This document shows positions 51,600 to 61,039 of a stretch of 64,000 bases of DNA, in pieces. Position 1 is the first letter of the stretch. Every line of letters starts with the position of its first letter. The notes beneath the pieces are model-generated. The model was given only the letters and a program-made list of their open reading frames with translations, made no database searches and was not told the origin of the DNA. The position numbers and the translations under genes are program-made. The DNA is from the human T2T-CHM13v2.0 reference genome, Homo sapiens, in the NCBI RefSeq assembly GCF_009914755.1, contig NC_060943.1; one strand, written 5' to 3'.

Positions 51600-54330
51600 T
51601 TAACCTTTCTTTTCATAGAGCAGTTAGGAAACACTCTGTTTGTAAAGTCTGCAAGTGGATATTCAGACATCTTTGAGGCTTTCGTTGGAAACGGGATTTC
51701 TTCATATTCTGCTAGACAGAAGATTTCTCAGAAACTTCGTTGTGTTGTGTGTTTTCAAATCACAGAGTTCAACGATCCTTTACACAGAGTAGACTTGAAA
51801 CACTCTTTTTGTGGAATTGGCAGGGTGGAGATTTCAGCCGCTTTTAGGTCAATGGTAGAAAAGGAAATATCTTCGTATAAAAACTAGACAGAGTGATTCT
51901 CAGAAACTCCTTTGTGATGTGTGCGTTCAACTCACAGAGTTTAACCTTTCTTTTCATAGAGCAGTTAGGAAACACTCTGTTTGTAAAGTCTGCAAGTGGA
52001 TATTCAGACCTCCTTGAGGCCTTCGTTGTAAACGGGATTTCTAAATATTATGCTAGACAGAAGAATTCTCAGTAACTTCCTTGTGTTGTGTGTATTCAAC
52101 TCAAAGAGATGAACGATCCTTTACACAGAGCAGACTTGAAACACTGTTTTTGTGGAATTTGCAAGTGGAGATTTCAGCCTCTTTGAGGTCAATGGTAGAA
52201 TAGGAAATATCTTCCTATAGAAACTAGACAGAATGATTCTGAGAAACTCCTTTGTGATGTGTGCGTACAACTCACAGAGTTTAACCTTTCTTTTCATAGA
52301 GCAGTTAGGAAACACTCTGTTTGTAAAGTCTGCAAGTGGATATTCAGACCTCCTTGAGGCCTTCGTTGGAAACGGGTTTTCTTCCTATTATGCTAGACAG
52401 AAGAATTCTCAGTAACTTCCTTGTGTTGTGTGTATTCAACTCACAGAGTTGAATGATCCTTTACACAGAGCAGACTTGAAACACTCTTTTTGTGGAATTT
52501 GCAAGTGGAGATTTCAGCCGCTTTGAGTTCAATGGTAGAATAGGAAATATCTTCCTATAGAAACTAGACAGAATGATTCTCAGAAACTCCTTTGTGATGT
52601 GTGCGTTCAACTCACAGAGTTCAACCTTTCTTTTCATAGAGCAGTTGGGAAACACTCTGTTTGTAAAGTCTGCAAGTGGATATTCAGACTTCTTTGAGGC
52701 CTTCGTTGGAAGCGGGATTTCTTCATATTCTGCTAGACAGAAGAATTCTCAGTAACTTCCTTGTGTTGTGTGTATTCAACTCACAGAGTTGAACGATCCT
52801 TTACACAGAGCAGACTTGAAACACTCTTTTTGTGGAATTTGCCAGTGGAGATTTCAGCCGCTTTGAGGTCAATGGTAGAATAGGAAATATCTTCCTATAG
52901 AAACTAGACAGAATGATTCTCAGAAACTCCTTTGTGATGTGTGCGTTCAACTCACAGAGTTTAACCTTTCTTTTCATAGAGCAGTTAGGAAACACTCTGT
53001 TTGTAAAGTCTGCAAGTGGATATTCAGACATCTTTGAGGCTTTCGTTGGAAACGGGATTTCTTCATATTCTGCTAGACAGAAGATTTCTCAGAAACTTCG
53101 TTGTGTTGTGTGTTTTCAAATCACAGAGTTCAACGATCCTTTACACAGAGTAGACTTGAAACACTCTTTTTGTGGAATTGGCAGGGTGGAGATTTCAGCC
53201 GCTTTTAGGTCAATGGTAGAAAAGGAAATATCTTCGTATAAAAACTAGACAGAGTGATTCTCAGAAACTCCTTTGTGATGTCTGCGTTCAACTCACAGAG
53301 TTTAACCTTTCTTTTCATAGAGCAGTTAGGAAACACTCTGTTTGTAAAGTCTGCAAGTGGATATTCAGACCTCCTTGAGGCCTTCGTTGTAAACGGGATT
53401 TCTAAATATTATGCTAGACAGAAGAATTCTCAGTAACTTCCTTGTGTTGTGTGTATTCAACTCAAAGAGATGAACGATCCTTTACACAGAGCAGACTTGA
53501 AACACTGTTTTTGTGGAATTTGCAAGTGGATATTTCAGCCTCTTTGAGGTCAATGGTAGAATAGGAAATATCTTCCTACAGAAACTAGACAGAATGATTC
53601 TGAGAAACTCCTTTGTGATGTGTGCGTACAACTCACAGAGTTTAACCTTTCTTTTCATAGAGCAGTTAGGAAACACTCTGTTTGTAAAGTCTGAAAGTGG
53701 ATATTCAGACCTCCTTGAGGCCTTCGTTGGAAACGGGTTTTCTTCCTATTATGCTAGACAGAAGAATTCTCAGTAACTTCCTTGTGTTGTGTGTATTCAA
53801 CTCACAGAGTTGAATGATCCTTTACACAGAGCAGACTTGAAACACTCTTTTTGTGGAATTTGCAAGTGGAGATTTCAGCCGCTTTGAGTTCAATGGTAGA
53901 ATAGGAAATATCTTCCTATAGAAACTAGACAGAATGATTCTCAGAAACTCCTTTGTGATGTGTGCGTTCAACTCACAGAGTTCAACCTTTCTTTTCATAG
54001 AGCAGTTGGGAAACACTCTGTTTGTAAAGTCTGCAAGTGGATATTCAGACTTCTTTGAGGCCTTCGTTGGAAGCGGGATTTCTTCATATTCTGCTAGACA
54101 GAAGAATTCTCAGTAACTTCCTTGTGTTGTGTGTATTCAACTCACAGAGTTGAACGATCCTTTACACAGAGCAGACTTGAAACACTCTTTTTGTGGAATT
54201 TGCCAGTGGAGATTTCAGCCGCTTTGAGGTCAATGGTAGAATAGGAAATATCTTCCTATAGAAACTAGACAGAATGATTCTCAGAAACTCCTTTGTGATG
54301 TGTGCGTTCAACTCACAGAGTTTAACCTTT
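51600..54330 (+). repeat. Tandem duplication of 1361 bp (4 dimers); related third copy at ~56.1-57.1 kb
   Basis: GATTTCTCAG, CTTTTAGGTC (51841/53202/56262), GTTGTAAAC, CTAAATATT, TCAAAGAGATG, CACTGTTTT, GCGTACAA, GGGTTTT. Confidence 0.92.
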
Positions 54331-54980
54331 CTTTTCATAGAGCAGTTAGGAAACACTCTGTTTGTAAAGTCTGCAAGTGGATATTCAGACATCCTTGAGG
54401 CTTTCGTTGGAAACGGGATTTCTTCATATTATGCTAGACAGAAGAATTCTCAGTAACTTCCTTGTGTTGTGTGTATTTCACTCACAGACTTGAATGATCC
54501 TTTACACAGAACAGTCTTGAAACACTCTTTTTGTGGAATTTGCAAGTGGAGATTTCAGCCGCTTTGAGGTCAATGGTAGAATAGGAAATATCTTCCTATA
54601 GAAACTAGACAGAATGATTCTCAGAAACTCCTTTGTGATGTGTGCGTTCAACTCACAGAGTTTAACCTTTCTTTTCATAGAGCAGTTAGGAAACACTCTG
54701 TTTGTAAAGTCTGCAAGTGGATATTCAGACATCCTTGAGGCTTTCGTTGGAAACGGGATTTCTTCATATTATGCTAGACAGAAGAATTCTCAGTAACTTC
54801 CTTGTGTTGTGTGTATTTCACTCACAGACTTGAATGATCCTTTACACAGAACAGTCTTGAAACACTCTTTTTGTGGAATTTGCAAGTGGAGATTTCAGCC
54901 GCTTTGAGGTCAATGGTAGAATAGGAAATATCTTCCTATAGAAACTAGACAGAATGATTCTCAGAAACTCCTTTGTGATG
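54300..54980 (+). repeat. Single-dimer (340 bp) tandem duplication
   Basis: GTGTATTTCACTCACAGACT seen only at 54471 and 54811. Confidence 0.85.
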
Positions 54981-57900
54981 TGTGCGTTCAACTCACAGAG
55001 TTTAACCTTTCTTTTCATAGAGCAGTTAGGAAACACTCTGTTTGTAAAGTCTGCAAGTGGATATTCAGACATCCTTGAGGTCTTCGTTGGAAACGGGATT
55101 TCTTCATATTATGCTAGACAGAAGAATTCTCAGTAACTTCCTTGTGTTGTGTGTATTCAACTCACAGAGTTGAACGATCCTTTACACAGAGCAGACTTGA
55201 AACACTCTTTTTGTGGAATTTGCAAGTGGAGATTTCAGCCGCTTTGAGGTCAATGGTAGAATAGGAAATATCTTCCTATAGAAACTAGACAGAATGATTC
55301 TGAGAAACTCCTTTGTGATGTGTGTGTTCAACTCACAGAGTTTAACCTTTCTTTCATAGAGCAGTTAGGAAACACTCTGTTTGTAAAGTCTGCAAGTGGA
55401 TATTCAGACCTCCTTGAGGCCTTCGTTGGAAACGGGATTTCTTCATATTATGCTAGACAGAAGAATTCTCAGTAACTTCCTTGTGTTGTGTGTATTCAAC
55501 TCACAGAGTTGAACGATCCTTTACACAGAGCAGACTTGAAACACTCTTTTTGTGGAATTTGCAAGTGGAGATTTCAGCCGCTTTGAGTTCAATGGTAGAA
55601 TAGGAAATATCTTCCTATAGAAACTAGACAGAATGATTCTCAGAAACTCCTTTGTGATGTGTGCGTTCAACTCACAGAGTTCAACCTTTCTTTTCATAGA
55701 GCAGTTGGGAAACACTCTGTTTGTAAAGTCTGCAAGTGCATATTCAGACTTCTTTGAGGCCTTCGTTGGAAGCGGGATTTCTTAATATTCTGCTAGACAG
55801 AAGAATTCTCAGTAACTTCCTTGTGTTGTGTGTATTCAACTCACAGAGTTGAATGATCCTTTACACAGAACAGTCTTGAAACACTCTTTTTGTGGAATTT
55901 GCAAGTGGAGATTTCAGCCGCTTTGAGGTCAATGGTAGAATAGGAAATATCTTCCAATAGAAACTAGACAGAATGATTCTCAGAAACTCCTTTGTGATGT
56001 GTGCGTTCAACTCACAGAGTTTAACCTTTCTTTTCATAGAGCAATTAGGAAACACTCTGTTTGTAAAGTCTGCAAGTGGATATTCAGACATCTTTGAGGC
56101 TTTCGTTGGAAACGGGATTTCTTCATATTCTGCTAGACAGAAGATTTCTCAGAAACTTCGTTGTGTTGTGTGTTTTCAAATCACAGAGTTCAACGATCCT
56201 TTACACAGAGTAGACTTGAAACACTCTTTTTGTGGAATTGGCAGGGTGGAGATTTCAGCCGCTTTTAGGTCAATGGTAGAAAAGGAAATATCTTCGTATA
56301 AAAACTAGACAGAGTGATTCTCAGAAACTCCTTTGTGATGTCTGCGTTCAACTCACAGAGTTTAACCTTTCTTTTCATAGAGCAGTTAGGAAACACTCTG
56401 TTTGTAAAGTCTGCAAGTGGATATTCAGACCTCCTTGAGGCCTTCGTTGGAAACGGGATTTCTACATATTATGCTAGACAGAAGAATTCTCAGTAACTTC
56501 CTTGTGTTGTGTGTATTCAACTCAAAGAGATGAACGATCCTTTACACAGAGCAGACTTGAAACACTGTTTTTGTGGAATTTGCAAGTGGAGATTTCAGCC
56601 TCTTTGAGGTCAATGGTAGAATAGGAAATATCTTCCTATAGAAACTAGACAGAATGATTCTGAGAAACTCCTTTGTGATGTGTGCGTACAACTCACAGAG
56701 TTTAACCTTTCTTTTCATAGAGCAGATAGGAAACACTCTGTAAAGTCTGCAAGTGGATATTCAGACCTCCTTGAGGCCTTCGTTGGAAACGGCTTTTCTT
56801 CCTATTATGCTAGACAGAAGAATTCTCAGTAACTTCCTTGTGTTGTGTGTATTCAACTCACAGAGTTGAATGATCCTTTACACAGAGCAGACTTGAAACA
56901 CTCTTTTTGTGGAATTTGCAAGTGGAGATTTCAGCCGCTTTGAGTTCAATGGTAGAATAGGAAAAATCTTCCTATAGAAACTAGACAGAATGATTCTCAG
57001 AAACTCCTTTGTGATGTGTGCGTTCAACTCACAGAGTTCAACCTTTCTTTTCATAGAGCAGTTGGGAAACACTCTGTTTGTAAAGTCTGCAAGTGGATAT
57101 TCAGACTTCTTTGAGGCCTTCGTTGGAAACGGGATTTCTTCATATTATGCTAGACAGAAGAATTCTCAGTAACTTCCTTGTGTTGTGTGTATTCAACTCA
57201 CAGAGTTGAACGATCCTTTACACAGAGCAGACTTGAAACACTCTTTTTGTGGAATTTGCAAGTGGAGATTTCAGCCGCTTTGAGTTCAATGGTAGAATAG
57301 GAAATATCTTCCTATAGAAAGTAGACAGAATGATTCTCAGAAACTCCTTTGTGATGTGTGCGTTCAACTCACAGAGTTCAACCTTTCTTTTCATAGAGCA
57401 GTTGGGAAACACTCTGTTTGTAAATTCTGCAAATGCATATTCAGACTTCTTTGAGGCCTTCGTTGGAAGCGGGATTTCTTCATATTCTGCTAGACAGAAG
57501 AATTCTCAGAAACTTCGATGTGTTGTGTGTTTTCAAATCACAGAGTTCAACGATCCTTTACACAGAGTAGACTTGAAACACTCTTTTTGTGGAATTGGCA
57601 AGGTGGAGATTTCAGCCGCTTTGAGGTCAATGGTAGAAAAGGAAATATCTTCGTATAAAAACTAGACAGAGTGATTCTCAGAAACTCCTTTGTGATGTCT
57701 GCGTTCAACTCACAGAGTTTAACCTTTCTTTTCATAGAGCAGTTAGGAAACACTCTGTTTGTAAAGTCTGCAAGTGGATATTCAGACCTCCTTGAGGCTT
57801 TCGTTGGAAACGGGATTTCTACATATTATGCTAGACAGAAGAATTCTCAGTAACTTCCTTGTGTTGTGTGTATTCAACTCACAGAGTTGAATGATCCTTT

Positions 57901-60900
57901 ACACAGAGCAGACTTGAAACACTCTTTTTGTGGAATTTGCAAGTGGAGATTTCAGCCGCTTTGAGGTCAATGGTAGAATAGGAAATATCTTCCTATAGAA
58001 ACTAGACAGAATGATTCTCAGAAACTCCTTTGTGATGTGTGCGTTCAACTCACAGAGTTCAACCTTTCTTTTCATAGAGCAGTTGGGAAACACTCTGTTT
58101 GTAAAGTCTGCAAGTGGATATTCAGACTTCTTTGAGGCCTTCGTTGGAAGCGGGATTTCTTCATATTCTGCTAGACAGAAGAATTCTCAGTAACTTCCTT
58201 GTGTTGTGTGTATTCATCTCACAGAGTTGAATGATCCTTTACACAGAGCAGACTTGAAACACTCTTTTTGTGGAATTTGCAAGTGGAGATTTCAGCCGAT
58301 TTGAGGTCAATGGTAGAATAGGAAATATCTTCCTATAGAAACTAGACAGAATGATTCTCAGAAACTCCTTTGTGATGTGTGCGTTCAACTCACAGAGTTT
58401 AACCTTTCTTTTCATAGAGCAGTTAGGAAACACTCTGTTTGTAAAGTCTGCAAGTGGATATTCAGACATCTTTGAGGCTTTCGTTGGAAACGGGATTTCT
58501 TCATATTCTGCTAGAAAGAAGAATTCTCAGTAACTTCCTTGTGTTGTGTGTATTCAACTCACAGACTTGAATGATCCTTTACACAGAACAGTCTTGAAAG
58601 ACTCTTTTTGTGGAATTTGCAAGTGGAGATTTCAGCCGCTTTGAGGTCAATGGTAGAATAGGAAATATCTTCCAATAGAAACTAGACAGAATGATTCTCA
58701 GAAACTCCTTTGTGATGTGGGCGTTCAACTCACAGAGTTTAACCTTTCTTTTCATAGAGCAGTTAGGAAACACTCTGTTTGTAAAGTCTGCAAGTGGATA
58801 TTCAGACATCTTTGAGGCTTTCGTTGGAAACGGGATTTCTTCATATTCTGATATACAGAAGAATTCTCAGAAACTTCCTTGTGTTGTGTGTATTCAACTC
58901 ACAGAGTTGAACGATCGTTTACACAGAGCAGACTTGAGACACTCTTTTTGTGGAATTTGTAAGTGGAGATTTCAGCCGCTTTGAGGTCAATGGTAGAAAA
59001 GGAAATATCTTCATATAAAAACTAGACAGAATGATTCTCAGAAACTCCTTTGTGATGTGTGCGTTCAACTCACAGAGTTTAACCTTTCTTTTCATAGAGC
59101 AGTTAGGAAACACTCTGTTTGTAAAGTCTGCAAGTGGATATTCAGACCTCTTTGAGACCTTCGTTGGAAACGGGATTTCTTCATATTATGCTAGACAGAA
59201 GAATTCTCAGTAACTTCCTTGTGTTGTGTGTATTCAACTCACAGAGTTGAACGATCCTTTACACAGAGCAGACTTGAAACACTCTTTTTGTGGAATTTGC
59301 AAGTGGAGATTTCAGCCGCTTTGAGGTCAATGGTAGAAAAGGAAATATCTTCCTATAGAAACGAGACAGAATGATTCTCAGAAACTCCTTTGTGATGTGT
59401 GCGTTCAACTCACAGAGTTCAACCTTTCTTTTCATAGAGCAGTTGGGAAACACTCTGTTTGTAAAGTCTGCAAGTGGATATTCAGACTTCTTTGAGGCCT
59501 TCGTTGGAAGCGGGATTTCTTCATATTCTGCTAGACAGAAGAATTCTCAGTAACTTCCTTGTGTTGTGTGTATTCAACTCACAGAGTTGAATGATCCTTT
59601 ACACAGAACAGACTTGAAACACTCTTGTTGTGGAATTTTAAAGTGGAGATTTCAGCCGCTTTGAGGTCAACGGTAGAATAGGTAATATCTTCCTATAGAA
59701 ACTAGACAGAATGATTCTCAGAAACTCCTTTGTGATGTGTGCGTTCAACTCACAGAGTTTAACCTTTCTTTTCATAGAGCAGTTAGGAAACACTCTGTTT
59801 GTAAAGTCTGCAAGTGGATATTCAGACCTCCTTGAGGCCTTCGTTGGAAACGGGATTTCTTCATATTATGCTAGACAGAAGAATTCTCAGTAACTTCCTT
59901 GTGTTGTGTGTATTCAACTCACAGAGTTGAACGATCCTTTACACAGAGCAGACTTGAAACACTCTTTTTGTGGAATTTGCAAGTGGAGATTTCTGCCGCT
60001 TTGAGTTCAATGGTAGAATAGGAAATATCTTCCTATAGAAACTAGACAAAATGATTCTCAGAAACTCCTTTGTGATGTGTGCGTTCAACTCACAGAGTTT
60101 AACCTTTCTTTTCATAGAGCAGTTAGGAAACACTCTGTTTGTAAAGTCTGCAAGTGGATATTCAGACCTCTTTGAGGCCTTCGTTGGAAACGGGATTTCT
60201 TCATATTATGCTAGACAGAAGGATTCTCAGTAACTTCCTTGTGTTGTGTGTATTCAACTCACAGAGTTGAACGACCCTTTACACAGAGCAGACTTGAAAC
60301 ACTCTTTTTGTGGAATTTGCAAGTGGAGATTTCAGCCGCTTTGAGGTCAATGGTAGAAAAGGAGATATCTTCGTATAAAAACTAGACAGAATGATTCTGA
60401 GAAACTCCTTTGTGATGTGTGCGTTCAACACACAGAGTTTAACCTTTCTTTTCATAGAGCAGTTAGGAAACACTCTGTTTGTAAAGTCTGCAAGTGGATA
60501 TTCAGACCTCCTTGAGGCCTTCGTTGGAAACGGGATTTCTTCATATTCTGCTAGACAGAAGAATTCTCAGTAACTTCCTTGTGTTTTGTGTATTCAACTC
60601 ACAGAGTTGAATGATCCTTTACACAGAACAGACTTGAAACACTCTTGTTGTGGAATTTTCAAGTGGAGATTTCAGCCGCTTTGAGGTCAACGGTAGAATA
60701 GGAAATATCTTCCTATAGAAACTAGACAGAATGATTCTCAGAAACTCCTTTGTGATGTGTGCGTTCAACTCACAGAGTTTAACCTTTCTTTTCATAGAGC
60801 AGTTAGGAAACACTCTGTTTGTAAAGTCTGCAAGTGGATATTCAGACCTCCTTGAGGCCTTCGTTGGAAACGGGATTTCTTCATATTATGCTAGACAGAA

Positions 60901-61039
60901 GAATTCTCAGTAACTTCCTTGTGTTGTGTGTATTCAACTCACAGAGTTGAACGATCCTTTACACAGAGCAGACTTGAAACACTCTTTTTCTGGAATTTGC
61001 AAGTGGAGATTTCAGCCGCTTTAAGGTCAATGGTAGAAT

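Noticed and set aside
17344-52037. Variant CENP-B boxes at 17344, 29927, 31625, 34000, 40460, 52021 (also 2382) as non-functional
   Set aside because: The changes lie outside the 9 core positions TTCG----A--CGGG.
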